64,000 bases of DNA from assembly GCA_047617105.1 (NCBI GenBank), contig JBLGCB010000002.1:9184-73183 (forward strand), in the 5' to 3' direction. The notes below the pieces were generated by a model. The model saw only the letters and a list, made by a program, of their open reading frames with translations, did no database searches and had not been told where the DNA came from. Below are positions 28,401 through 40,100 of the stretch, in pieces. Positions within the stretch are counted from its first letter, which is position 1; each line of letters opens with the position of its first letter. The stretch is from Phenylobacterium sp. (lineage in GTDB: Bacteria > Pseudomonadota > Gammaproteobacteria > Enterobacterales > Alteromonadaceae). The position numbers and the translations under genes are program-made.

Positions 28401-31400
28401 ACCCGGTTCAATGCGAAAACCATGGCGTTTTAGCTGAAAATCAGCACGACCAATAAAAGCCAGTTCACCGCCATTAAGCCACTTAACCCGGTCGCCGGTG
28501 CGATAAAGTCGACCATATTGCGGATGTTCAATAAAATACTGCGCAGTCAGTTCAGGGTTAAAACGATAACCACGGCCGACAGTGGCACCGCCGATATATA
28601 GCTCGCCAATCGCCCCCTTGGGCACTCCTTGATGTTGGTTATCTAAAACATAAAAGTGGTTATGCATTAACGATTGACCAATTGGGGTGATGGCCTGTTG
28701 GCTAGCAGCAACGCTCGCATCAACACGATAACTCGATGACCATACGGTGGTTTCGGTCGGGCCATAAACATTGATTAAAGAGCGGCATTGTTGCCGTAAC
28801 TGCTGTGCCAATGCCTGGTCTAACGCTTCTCCACCACAGATGGCATGAACTTGTTGCAGCGGTAATTCGCTGAGCATTCGCCAAGTCGCAGGCGTAGCCT
28901 GAATCAAGTCGACCCGATGCTGTGAAATCAAGGCTGCCAGCAACTCACTGTCTCGTTGCGCCAGTTCATCGGCGATCACCACCGCACCACCACGCACCAA
29001 TGGCAAACATAACTCTAACCCAGCAATATCAAAGGTGATGGTGGTTAATGCCAACAAGCGGGTAAAGACCGGGGTCACCTGGCTAATGGCCTGTAAAAAG
29101 GCGGCAAAATTGCCGCGCTCAATATCCACCCCTTTGGGTTTTCCGGTCGACCCAGAAGTATACAGGGTGTACGCCAAAGCATTGGGCTGATAGGTTTGTG
29201 CAGGATTGCTTTTACTTAACTTTTGCAATTCAAGCTGAGCCAACGAATAAAGCGGCAAGCTTAACCCGCTGACCGCCGCTTTGGTTGATGCGTCACACAA
29301 GCATAAAACCGCTTGGGCATGACTGCTGATATCGGTTAAACGTTGTTGCGGATGGCTGGCATCGAGCGGCAAATACGCCGCCCCGGCTTTTTGAATCGCC
29401 AATAAAACCACCAGCAGCTGATAACCCCGAGCCAAACAAAACGCCACCAGCTGTTCATGACCAATGCCCTGGGCAATCAACCAATGGGCCAACTGATTGG
29501 CATCTTGATTGAGGGTGAGGTAACTGTATTCAATATCTCTGTCAACCACCGCCACCGCTTGGGGGCCATTAAACACTTGGCGCTCGAAGCGACAGATAAA
29601 ATCATCGTGTTCAGTAATATGGCTTGATTGGCTTGGCTGCTCAGCCTGCCCTTGCACCATAGAAGGCAGTTGTAAATTCGACAGCGTTTGTTGTTTGCCT
29701 TGCTCTAAACCTGATAGTAAATCTGACAGCAAAGCCTGATAATCGTTAAACAGTTGCGCGATGGTAGCTGCTGCAAACAAATCAGCGTCATATTCGATTT
29801 GTAATGCTAAGCTGCCACAACCCTCACGGCGCATCAGGTTAAAACTCAGTTCAAATTTGGCGCTAACACTGGCTTCATCAATCGGGTTAAAACACAATCC
29901 TGGCACATCGATATTGCGCTGGTTCTGCTTGTCACTTTGATAATTAAACAACACCTGAAACACCGCCGGACGGGTCAAATCACGGGCTGGCTGTAACAAC
30001 TCTAATAGCTGTTCTACTGGCATTTGCTGATGGGCCAAATCATTTTGAATCTGTGTTGTGGTGTCTTTAAGCCATTGCTCAACGGTTTGATTGGGGTCGA
30101 TGGTGGCTCGGTTGATCACAGTATTGATAAATACCCCCACCATCTGCTGGGTGATAGCCTGTTCACGACCACTGACCGGGATACCGACAGCAAAATCCTT
30201 TTGCCCGCTATAGCGCCATAACAGCAACTGAAATCCCGCCAATAACAGGCTGAACGGGGTGGCTTTTAAGGCTACGCCTGCTGATGAACCACAGTAACCC
30301 TCTAGCTCAGTGACAATGGTTTCATCTAAGTAATACTCGCGAGTATTGCCGTTATCGCCCTTTGAGGTCGCTACATCGGCGGGTAAGGCCAGCGCATGAG
30401 GCATATTATCAAGCCGCTGCAACCAGTATTGTTGTAATTCGGCATCTGGCTGACTTTGACCCGATGCCGCCCAATCGAGATAACTGCGGGTCACTGCCGT
30501 CGGTAAGTTGTTACCACCTTGATAATGCTGATATAAGGCGACAAAATCTTGCACCAGTAAACCCATCGACCAGCCATCGGTGGCGATATGATGGATATTA
30601 AATAACAGCTGGTAGTGCTGCTCGCCATCGGTGGGTAACAATGGCAATAAATCAATCGCCATCACTTTGCCTGTGGTCAAATCAAATACTTTGTCGGCAC
30701 TTAATTGCTGGTGTGAAGCATGAATGGTCAACGGCTGATAGCTATTGACCAGTTGCTGACGGGGCTGTCCATCTTCATCAACCATATAACGCACCCGCAA
30801 CATATGATGGCGTTCCACCAACGCCTGACAGGCCAGTTTTAATGCGCCAAAATTGATGGTTCCTGTCACCTCAAACCGAGCAGGTAAATTGTAGCTGGTG
30901 CTTTGCGGCTCAAGCTGCTGAATAAACCAGATGCGTTGCTGCGCCAGTGATAAGGGTTGTGGCCGTTTGTAATCGACCTTTTGTTCATTGACGACTGAGG
31001 CAACCGTTGTAATGGTCGCGGCAATCGCGGCCAAAGTGCGATGATTGACCACATCCAGCGGTTTGAGTTTTAACCCTTGTTGCGAGGCCAAACCAATCAT
31101 TTGCAGACTCATAATCGAATCACCACCGAAGGCGAAAAAGTCATCATTTGCGCTGATTTGTTCAGTCTTTAACAGTTTTTGCCAGATAAGCGCCAGCTTT
31201 TGCTCGGTTGGGTTTAATGCTCTGCTGCATTCAACAGATTGTTGCTGCTCGGGCAAAGGTAAGGCATGACGGTCGATTTTACCATTGCCATTTAACGGCA
31301 GTTGGTCCAGCGTCAGCCAATGATCCGGTAACATATAATCTGGCAAACATTGACTGATTCTGTGCTGAACGCCGCTTAAATTGAAGCTTGAGGCAGGTTG

Positions 31401-34169
31401 TAGCCAGGCAATCAGCTGATCTTTGTTATCCACTGGCTTTAGCAATACTATCGCATTATCAACCTCAGGCTGAGCGTTGAGCCAACCGCTGATTTCACCC
31501 AGTTCGATACGATATCCCCGACGTTTGATTTGATCATCTGCCCGGCCGATATAATCCAGCGTGCCATGACGGTTAATTCTCGCCAAATCACCCGTTCGGT
31601 AATAGTTGCCTGAACCCTGTGCCAATTGCGGCCCAGATACGCATAATTCAGCCACCACACCACGAGGCACAATCTGTTGCTGATGATCACGCAAGGTAAT
31701 TTGGTTACCCGGCAATGGCAAACCTAAGCTCGCCACCGGACTAAATTCAAAAAAGGCTTGCTCTAATTTGGCGGTGGTAATGCCCACCGTGGCCTCAGTC
31801 GGACCATAATGATTGATGATATTCAGCCCTGGTGCCAGCTGACGAATTTTATGATAAACATCCGCAGACAAGCCTTCGCCGCCCAAAAACAAACTGTGTT
31901 TCGGTAACATCAGCTGTGGGTTTTTAACACTCAGTAAGGCATTCAGATGCGACGGAGTTATTTTCAAGCAATCTGCCGGATGCTGGGCCAAAAACGCCGC
32001 TAAACCAGCAGGATCGAAGGTCAATTCAGCCGCTGGCAATAACACACATTGACCTTGGTATAACGCGCCCAACACTGCGGTTAACCCCAAATCTGCGGCC
32101 ACCGTGGCAATGGTTAACCAACGGCTGTTGGCGGGTTGTGGGTGCTGTTGGCTTAAGGCCGCGGCATAATGGCTTACGGCACGGTGACTGATCAGCACCG
32201 CTTTCGGTTTTCCGCTCGAGCCTGAGGTGTAAATCATATAAGCGGTATCGTCGAAGTTTACTTTCTCTGTCTTATGCTCTGAGTCTACGCCAGTTAAATC
32301 CATGGTTTCACTACTGATAATCAGCTTTGCTTGGGCATCAACAATCTGGCCATTTAACCGTTCAATAGGCTGGCGGGGGTCTAACATCAGGCAAATCGCG
32401 CCCATCCGCCAGCAGGCCAACATCGCAGCAATTTGTAATGGCTGGCGGGTCATCACCAAAGCCACCACTTGGCCTTTTTTAATGCCCTGGTGTTGTAACC
32501 ATGACACCGCTTGCCCGACTTGTTGATTAAGGGTCTGATAAGTGACGCTATTATCACCATCGAAAAGCGCTATATCGGTCGGTTTATGATTGGCTACTTT
32601 AGCATTAAGCAACATCGGCTGATGATCCAATAGCGGAGCATCGAGAATGCTTAAGCCAGAATCAAATTTCAGTTGATCAAAACGAAGCTCTGGGTTATCC
32701 AGCGTGGTTTCGATGATAAATTGCAGCTGGTCTAATAATCCGCTGATGGTTTGCGAGTCAAACAGTTCGCTGGCATATTCTAAATCGAGCACAATCTGCT
32801 GCCTGCCCTGCTCAGAACGGTTCTCGCTAACGCGCATCGACAAATCAAAACGGGCAGTATTTTGCTCCGGCGTGACCACTTTTCCTTCGCTCTTACCTTC
32901 ACTCTTACCTTCAGCCCCTGACAACATAATAGTGTCATCACTTTGCATACCAACATGAATAAACATCACTTGGAAAATCGCGCTATGGGTCTCATCTCGC
33001 TCGATATTGAGCAATTCGCTAAATTTTTCAAATGGGTAATCTTGGTGGTCAAACGCCTCGCCCGTGATTTTTTGACAGCGAACCAGCGACTGATGAAAAC
33101 TCGGATTGGCCGCCAATGAATGACGTAACACTAGGGTATTTAACAGCGGCCCCACCAACGCGGCTAACTCCGCCCGTTTACGATTGGCAATAGAGCACCC
33201 AAAACAAAAATCCGTCTGACCACTGTATTTGGCCAACAGCCAAGCAAAAGCGGTTTGCAGATGAATATATAAGGTATTGCCCGCACTGGCGACTTGCGCC
33301 CGTAACCGCTCACTGAGTTCAACATTAAGCACCAATTGCTGCACATCACCGTCAAAAGAGCGCTGTTTTAGCGCGGTTTTTTGAAAATCTTGCGGCAACT
33401 TAAGCGGTGCTGGCAAGTCGGCCAGTTGTTGCTGCCAATAGCTTTGCTGGCGAATAAAATCATCACTTTGCAACCACTGTTGTTGCCACAGCGCATAATC
33501 TTGATATTGAATCTCTAGCGGTGCCAATTGCAGTGGTTTATGCTCACTGGCCGCTTGGTAGAAAAAAGCCAATTCTTGATTAAACTGCGCCATTGACCAT
33601 GCATCAAAAGCGACATGATGAATGGTGAAAAACAATCGATAACCCGACGCTTCGGCAAATATTTGCAACCGAAAAGGCGGTTCGCAGGTCAAGTCAAACC
33701 GCTGTTCGAGTTGGTGATTAAACTGTTGTTGGCTCCAGTCTTCGACCGTCTGCCCCTCAAGCAACGACAGGGTCTGTGGTTGGGTGTTTACTAACACTTG
33801 ATCCAGTGGTTGAATAAACCAATGGCCCTGTTCATCTTGGTTAAAGCAGCTACGTAATACCTGGTGGCGTTTAAGCAAGGCATTCACCGCTTGTTGCAGT
33901 GCCACTAAATCTAAAGCACGGTCAAACGCCAGCACCGAACACAGGTTATACAATGCCCGTTTGCTAAACTGTTCGGCCAGCAAAAATCGTTGCTGTGCCA
34001 GCGACAGCGGATATCGCTGCTGGCTATTGCTAGCCGTTATCGGCAATTGCCAACTGTTAATGCCCTGCTCAGCCAGTTTCTGGCGAAATACCAACTGTTT
34101 ATCAGGGCTTAACAGGGCCAGCCGTTTGGCAACCTGAGCATAATCCGGTTTGTTTGCAGTTTGGTTCAT
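25464..34169 (-). CDS. NRPS 3: C-A-T-C-A-T-C followed by a fused TauD/SyrP-type beta-hydroxylase domain
   Basis: C motifs: HHVAFDAWS, HHIATDGWS, HHIASDEWS (nt 27468-27494). A: YMIYTSGSSGKPKAV/NHYGPTEATV/YRTGDLAR and YTLYTSGSTGKPKGV/NVYGPTETTVWSS/YRTGDRV. T: FFAFGGDSIMSLQ and FFLLGGHSLLAAQ. Lys/Ala-rich linker. The last ~328 aa (nt ~25467-26450) are TauD-like (GGIVFRGF, FHNESSH, MLDNMLAAHARD). Confidence 0.95.
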   Translation of the reverse strand: MNQTANKPDYAQVAKRLALLSPDKQLVFRQKLAEQGINSWQLPITASNSQQRYPLSLAQQRFLLAEQFSKRALYNLCSVLAFDRALDLVALQQAVNALLKRHQVLRSCFNQDEQGHWFIQPLDQVLVNTQPQTLSLLEGQTVEDWSQQQFNHQLEQRFDLTCEPPFRLQIFAEASGYRLFFTIHHVAFDAWSMAQFNQELAFFYQAASEHKPLQLAPLEIQYQDYALWQQQWLQSDDFIRQQSYWQQQLADLPAPLKLPQDFQKTALKQRSFDGDVQQLVLNVELSERLRAQVASAGNTLYIHLQTAFAWLLAKYSGQTDFCFGCSIANRKRAELAALVGPLLNTLVLRHSLAANPSFHQSLVRCQKITGEAFDHQDYPFEKFSELLNIERDETHSAIFQVMFIHVGMQSDDTIMLSGAEGKSEGKSEGKVVTPEQNTARFDLSMRVSENRSEQGRQQIVLDLEYASELFDSQTISGLLDQLQFIIETTLDNPELRFDQLKFDSGLSILDAPLLDHQPMLLNAKVANHKPTDIALFDGDNSVTYQTLNQQVGQAVSWLQHQGIKKGQVVALVMTRQPLQIAAMLACWRMGAICLMLDPRQPIERLNGQIVDAQAKLIISSETMDLTGVDSEHKTEKVNFDDTAYMIYTSGSSGKPKAVLISHRAVSHYAAALSQQHPQPANSRWLTIATVAADLGLTAVLGALYQGQCVLLPAAELTFDPAGLAAFLAQHPADCLKITPSHLNALLSVKNPQLMLPKHSLFLGGEGLSADVYHKIRQLAPGLNIINHYGPTEATVGITTAKLEQAFFEFSPVASLGLPLPGNQITLRDHQQQIVPRGVVAELCVSGPQLAQGSGNYYRTGDLARINRHGTLDYIGRADDQIKRRGYRIELGEISGWLNAQPEVDNAIVLLKPVDNKDQLIAWLQPASSFNLSGVQHRISQCLPDYMLPDHWLTLDQLPLNGNGKIDRHALPLPEQQQSVECSRALNPTEQKLALIWQKLLKTEQISANDDFFAFGGDSIMSLQMIGLASQQGLKLKPLDVVNHRTLAAIAATITTVASVVNEQKVDYKRPQPLSLAQQRIWFIQQLEPQSTSYNLPARFEVTGTINFGALKLACQALVERHHMLRVRYMVDEDGQPRQQLVNSYQPLTIHASHQQLSADKVFDLTTGKVMAIDLLPLLPTDGEQHYQLLFNIHHIATDGWSMGLLVQDFVALYQHYQGGNNLPTAVTRSYLDWAASGQSQPDAELQQYWLQRLDNMPHALALPADVATSKGDNGNTREYYLDETIVTELEGYCGSSAGVALKATPFSLLLAGFQLLLWRYSGQKDFAVGIPVSGREQAITQQMVGVFINTVINRATIDPNQTVEQWLKDTTTQIQNDLAHQQMPVEQLLELLQPARDLTRPAVFQVLFNYQSDKQNQRNIDVPGLCFNPIDEASVSAKFELSFNLMRREGCGSLALQIEYDADLFAAATIAQLFNDYQALLSDLLSGLEQGKQQTLSNLQLPSMVQGQAEQPSQSSHITEHDDFICRFERQVFNGPQAVAVVDRDIEYSYLTLNQDANQLAHWLIAQGIGHEQLVAFCLARGYQLLVVLLAIQKAGAAYLPLDASHPQQRLTDISSHAQAVLCLCDASTKAAVSGLSLPLYSLAQLELQKLSKSNPAQTYQPNALAYTLYTSGSTGKPKGVDIERGNFAAFLQAISQVTPVFTRLLALTTITFDIAGLELCLPLVRGGAVVIADELAQRDSELLAALISQHRVDLIQATPATWRMLSELPLQQVHAICGGEALDQALAQQLRQQCRSLINVYGPTETTVWSSSYRVDASVAASQQAITPIGQSLMHNHFYVLDNQHQGVPKGAIGELYIGGATVGRGYRFNPELTAQYFIEHPQYGRLYRTGDRVKWLNGGELAFIGRADFQLKRHGFRIEPGDIETRLLQYPDISEAVVVLNDHHLTAFFVASTVVDSASLNHSLAQHLPSYMLPERYQPLKVLPLNSNGKVDRRALSQLEVKVQTTTSSITTLKTAKEQQLADIWQSLLKVEQLNPSDNFFLLGGHSLLAAQLKARLNKAGFNLPLKALFEHPQLSAQAKLLTVSQYQPMVHITDRQQDLPLSDGQNRLWFMQQLNPQDSSFNMQTVVRIEGDLQLDALEQALLAVTRHHAILQVTYHQVNGSAVQRFNPDLQVPLMVSDILPSQLTQLLDTAANKTFDLTTQAPLKVYLYSINNQQHYCQLVQHHIASDEWSMTLLLNQLMLAYQQAVDGKAITLPPHQVDYLDYAHWQNSPLVKAEQQAGIDFWRQKLAALPTQQRLPFDHQREASQRQGDAVSFTLSATLSQQLKTLATQQQCSLFMLLISAYSALIHQQTRANSRNEDIVIGTDVANRAHLQTEDMLGFFVNLIPLRMQLTPTLRFSDHLQNVRQNCLDSFDHQSVPFEQIVETVNPERITGVHPLVQVLFVMGVSTGVKAESDNVAQPKDLTLTAVDTEQQHSKFDMALFCDDSSDELLFNWVFNSQLFNKTTIENFSQQLTHLLEQLVDKPQTPLNAFASKAKAKTKTSAKKSKLGKLKKAGSAAPVSAAPLNADKPFPLLVQCHSQALDALSWAQQNQQQIMRWLETHGGIVFRGFNLPTEFEFEQFCVAIYPQLYGQYGDLPKNELGSKIYQSTPYPQDQMIMFHNESSHQHRWPRRQWFYCRQPAASGGATPIVDCREMVRRLPTAMRQKLEQKQLCYIRNFTDLDVSWQHFFKTQSRSEVEALCQQNNIQWRWYGKDNLNLHISQRCPAIITHPVTGEKSFFNQIQLHHASFLEAEVVQHLLATGGTDNLPRNVCYGDLSPIEPLVIDTISELYESCAVRFEWQKSDVVMLDNMLAAHARDPFSGERKIAVAMGDIYQPGKTATSPPIKLEQLSKECVS
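32884..32919 (-). repeat. 12-nt in-frame tandem repeat x3 (encodes EGKS repeats) in the first C domain of NRPS 3
   Basis: CCTTCRCTCTTA-like units. Confidence 0.8.
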
Positions 34170-34172
34170 GAT

Positions 34173-37100
34173 CTAATCCTCGAATTCGCTGAGCAACTGG
34201 TCCATAAAGTCCAGCGTGTCATCTTTAACAGCGTTAGCTGCTATTTGTAGTGAAATATTGGCTATCGTCGGCGATTGAAATAAACTTTGTAACGATAGTG
34301 ATAACCCAAAGCGGCTTTCAATCAGGCTAATCAGCTGCATCGCCAATAGTGATTGGCCGCCCAGTGCAAAGAAGTTACTGTTAATGCTGATATCATTTGC
34401 ATTTATGCCCAGCAAGTCAGCCCAAATCTGGGCCAACAGCTGCTGCGCCTCGGTAGACGGGGCAATAAAATCTGTCTTAACACTGGAAAATGTCGCTATA
34501 GGTAACGCTTTACGGTCGATTTTGCCATTGCTATTGAGTGGCCATTGTTCAACAAAGATAAAGATTGATGGCACCATATAACTAGGCAAATGGGCACTCA
34601 AATGGGCTTTAAGTTCTGATTCACTGGTTTTATCAGCAATCACATAAGCCACCAGATGTTGATCGCCTTTGTGATCACTTTGCGCACAGACCTGAGCGCC
34701 GTTAATGGCCGGATGTGATGTCAATTGGCTTTCAATCTCGCCCAGTTCGATGCGTAATCCACGAATTTTCACCTGATGGTCAATTCGACCCAGGTAAAGC
34801 AAATTGCCATCGGCTTGATAACGGACCAAATCGCCGGTTTTATACAATCGCTGGCTATTAATCTGCGAAAATGGGTTATCGATAAAACATTGTGCGGTCA
34901 GCTCAGCTTGATTGAGATAACCCAACGCCAAGCCAACCCCACCAATATACAATTCGCCACTGGCACCAAATGGCACCAATTGTTGCTGCTGATCCAATAC
35001 CAGCAACTGGGTATTATCAATGGGTTTACCGATAGGCACGGTGTGATGTTCAGCAGCACAGGGCCAAAAACTGACATCAATGGCCGCCTCGGTCGGTCCG
35101 TAGAGGTTATGTAATTTGGCTTTGCTATTAGCGAAAAACGTTTGCTGAATATCGTTGGTTAATGCTTCCCCACTACAAAATACCTGTTTAACCGCCGAAC
35201 CCTGTAACCAATGGCCCGAATGCTTAGAATTGAGCATTTGCGCCAGCATCGAAGGCACAAAATGCAATGTAGTGATCTGCTGTTGCTTGATAACCTCAGC
35301 CAGATAAGCCGGGTCTTTATGCCCTTGCGGTTTGGCGATTACTAGGGTCGCACCAGTCACCAGTGGCCAAACAAATTCCCATACCGAAACATCAAAGCTG
35401 TACGGTGTTTTTTGCAATACTCTGTCGTTGTCGGTCAATGGATATTGCTTTTGCATCCAGTGAATTCGATTGACCAAACCTTGATGGCTGCACACCACCC
35501 CTTTTGGTGCGCCGGTAGAACCTGAGGTATAGATCAAATACGCTGGTGCCTGAGGTGAGAGAGGTGAGAGAGGTGAGAGGGGTGAGAGGGGTGAGAGGGG
35601 TGAGAAAGGTGAGAGGGATGATTGCACTGGCCTAAGAGCCGCTGTTGACGGTGCTTGATCTAAACACTGACGCACCAACTGCTCGGTGAGCACCATCATT
35701 GGCTGGCTGTCGGCCAGTATGGTATCGATTCTCGAAGTTGGTAATTCAGGGTCAATCGGCAGATAAGCCGCGCCAGATTTAAGCACCGCCCAAATTGCAA
35801 TCACCATTTCTATTGAACGCTGCATATGCAAAGCGACAAACCCACCTTGTTGCCCCTGTTGCATCCCCTGTTGCATCACCTGTTGTTTCCCCTGTTGCAG
35901 CAAATAGTCAGCCAATTGATTGGCCTGCTGATCAAGCGCTCGATAACTTAAGCGCTGCTCACCAAAGACCAAGGCACAGTGATCACCAGATAGCGCCACT
36001 TGTGCTTCAAATAACTGATGTATGCATTGATCATGGGGGTAATCGGCGTCAGTTTGGTTGAGTTCGAATATCTGCTGTTGTTCTGACAACGGTAATACAG
36101 AGCCTAGTACAGAACTGGGTTGGCTGGACTCACTCAGCAAGTTCGACAATGCGGTTTCAAAGTAAGCGCAGATGCGCCGAGCGCTATATGGCTGCTCGAC
36201 CTGAACATTGATCACAAAGTCATCACCATAATCATCCACCGATATGGTCAATGGATAGTTAGTCCGCTCTTTAGTGCCAATAAACTTTAACCCGGCCAGT
36301 GGATTGTGCTCGTCCAACGGTGGCGCTTTTTGGCTATGGCGATAGTTGATGATGGCGCTAAATAAAGGCAGTTCAGCGGCAATGCCACTGCAACTTTGCG
36401 CCAGGGCCAATGACACTTGTTCAAAGGGCACTAAATCCAATAATGATTGATTGACCTGGGTCACCAAGCCACTGGAATTAGAGCTCAGGTTACAGTCCAG
36501 CTTCACCCGCAGCGGTAAGGTATTAATAAACATACCCATCGAACCCTGTTCACCCCCTTGTAACCGACCTGACATCACGGTGCCAAAGACCACATCATTT
36601 GAAGCCCCTGAACAGGCAGCAATCACCATCGCCATCGCACTGTGGAACAATGCCGCCGGAGTGAGTTTTAATTGCTTGGCTCGCTGGCGTATTTGCAGGC
36701 TTAGCGCAGTTGGCAATTGCTGTTCTTGCTCATCAATCGAGCCACCCTGGTTTTGAACATTAGTAAGATTAAAGGGCAAGGTCGGTTGTTCGATATCACC
36801 GAGCAACTGACTGAAATACGCGGTGGCATCCTGCGTTTGCAGCTGCTGTTGATGATGGCTATGGGCGACAAATTCTCGATATTGCACCGGGGCAGCCAGT
36901 TGTTCGACATTGCCGGCAAAAATCAGCGCCAACTCTTGTTGAATAATGGCTAACCCGACATGATCAGACACCACGTGGTGTTCTAATAAACCAATCATAT
37001 ATTCGTCATTCACCCGATGATGGGCCACGGTTAAGCCAATCAGCGGTGCCTTTTCGATATTTATGGTCATATCAGCACAATGGCGCTGCATTTGGGCCAA

Positions 37101-40100
37101 ATGGTCCTGACTGTCATCAAACTCCCTGTCATCAAATTCACTGTCATCAAACTCAACCATGGTCACAGGCAAGGTCACCTCTCGATAAACCACCTGCACC
37201 GGTTGGGTGCGATGACGCCATAATATCGCTGTTCGCAACACATCATGGCGTTTTATCACCTGTTGCAGGCCATCAATAAATAACGCATAAGCCTCACTGC
37301 CCTGAATCCGTAAGAAAGCTGGCATCACATAAGGGTCGTTGTCAGGGTCAATCATATGGTGAAACAAAATCCCCTGCTGTAGCGAGGCCAATGGATAGAT
37401 ATCTTCAATATTGGCCGCACCACCGGGTACTTTGGCGACGATCGAGGCAATGTCATCACTATTGAGCGTGACCATACTGAGCATATCTGGGGTGATATGG
37501 GTGCAATCTGCGGGGATACCATTGGCGGGCGCGCTAAACCTTGCCACCGTGCTATTTTTGAGCAACAAAGCCAGTGATTTTAAGTCCGGGTTGGCAAATA
37601 TCTCGGTGGCCGATAGGCTGATATTTTGCTGTTGCAAGGTGGTGATCATCTGCATCACCAACAGTGAATGACCACCGAGTTGAAAGAAGTTGTCGTCACG
37701 ACTCACGTTTTCGACATCGAGCACTTCTTGCCATACCAATGCCAACTGTTTTTCGGCCTTTGTCTTGGGTGGCTGGCTTTGCGGTGGTAGGCTCAGTGGT
37801 GGAAGGCTTAGTTTTGGCAGGCTTAGCTTTGGCAACGCTTGAACCGCGACTGCTGGTAAACCCTGATCGGCACAATGATCATCAGTTAATACATGGCTAG
37901 ACCCATCCGCTTCAAGCAGCAGCTGTAAAGCATTGAGCATATCGTCAATCACTTGTTTTGCTGGTATTTGCTGATCAATTTCAGCGGTGATGGCGAAACC
38001 TGCGCTAGCGCCATAATCATCCACAGACAAGGTAAATGGGTAGTTACTCGGCTCCGCCACTTCAACCAATTTAATGCCATTTAAAGCGTGGTCGTTAGCG
38101 GGGGATGAATGGCGATAATTTAACAGCGCACTAAACAAACCCTGTTCTGTCGGCAACTGAGCACATTGTTTTGCCATCGCCAATGAGCATTGTTCATGGG
38201 GGATCAGCGCTTGCAAATTTTGCTGCATCAGCCGCAATAACTGATCAGCGGTGAGCTGATAAAGGTTAATTCTCAGCGGTAAGGTATTAATAAACAAACC
38301 CAACATGGCATCGAGATTGTCAATATTTTGCAACCGTCCAGACATCACCGTGCCAAACACGATATCACTGCGACCACTGGCCTGCGCCACCACCAGCGAC
38401 CATGCGCCATGAAATAATACCGCAGGTGACATACCATATTGCTTGGCAGTATCACGTATCTGCTGTGAAAGGGGGTTATCGAGGGTGTGTTTATGCTGTG
38501 CTAGCTGACCACCAACGTTTAGATCGTAGGGCAGTGTTGCAGTATTCATACCAGCCAACTGCTGAGTAAAATAGGCCATCGATTCAGCCTGACTGCTGCT
38601 GTGTTGAGCTGTGCCTGTAAAAGCTGCAACAAAGTTGCGGTAAGGCACCGATGGATTTAAGTTCAATTCATCACCAGCAACAAAAGCGGCTAATTCTTTG
38701 ATAATAATATCAACACTGACATGATCTGAAATAATATGGTGCTCTAAAAACAGCACCGCATGACGGTCGGTTTTGGGGTCTTTGGCCACCTGAACTTGCA
38801 ATAACGGTGCTTGTTGTAAGTCGATGCTGAAGTTTCTGCCTCCTTGTGAAGAGAGTTGATGCTGGCGCATCAGTTCGACAATATCGTCATTGCCTGCCAA
38901 CTCTAACCAAGTCAGCGATAATGGTGCTTGGCGACTGATCACCTGAACTGGCTTTTTCAGTTTACGCCAAACAATCCGGGTTCTTAACACATCATGACGG
39001 TTAATCAGCCACTGCAAGCCTTCAACCAGACGATTGAAAATATTTTCATTGGCCACATCCAACAAAGCACTCACCACATAAGGGTCATTGTCGGGGTCAA
39101 TCATATGGTGAAACAAAATGCCTTGTTGCAGCGGTGCCAGCGGGTAAATATCTTGGATATTGTCAGCACAACCCAGCTGGTCTATCTCACTTTGGCTCAG
39201 TTCAATCAGCGGCAACATTTCTGGGGTGATGGCCTGACAATCATCGGGGATTTTATTGGCTGGAACAGCCGCAGATACCAACGCGGTGGATGCAACAATG
39301 GCCGCGGCCAAACCCGCAGGCGTCGGGGTTTTAAACAGTTGCGCCGCCTCAATCACCAGCTCGCGTTTACGCAACGCAGACAATAGCTGAACCACCAATA
39401 ATGAGTGACCGCCGAGGGTGAAAAAGTTATCGTCAATACCAACATGATTAATATCAAGCAGCTGTTGCCACACTTCACATAGGGTGGCTTCTAGTTCGTT
39501 GGTAGGCGCTTGTGGTTTAATAAGCCGCTGACTTTGCGGTGCCGGTAAGGCCTTTTTATCAATTTTACCATTGGCGGTTAATGGCAAACGCTCCAGCGCA
39601 ATAAAGACCGATGGCAGCATATAATCAGCCAAACTGACGGCCAGTTGCTGACGTAATGTTGTAGTGTCTATATCGTTGTTGGAGGTGTTGTTGGCGGTAA
39701 AATACGCCGCCAGCGCTTTATCGCCATTGGCTTTTTTATAGACAGTGACCAGGGCTTGTTTGACCCCTTCACATTGTTGTAATACCGCTTCGATTTCGGC
39801 TAATTCAACCCTGAACCCGCGAATTTTCACCTGATCATCAATACGACCGACAAACTCCAATTGTCCATCAACGCCCCAGCGCACCAAATCGCCACTACGA
39901 TATAACAAACCTGGACCAAAAGGAGATGGCACAAACCGTTCAGCGGTGAGTTCTGGCTGATTTAAATAACCCCGAGCGACGCTGTCACCACCGATAAATA
40001 GTTCACCGAGGGCATTAAATGGCAGTTGATTGTGCTTGGCATCTAACACATACAGTTGAGTGTTGATATTTGCTTCACCGATGGGGATTTCGCCGCTGGC

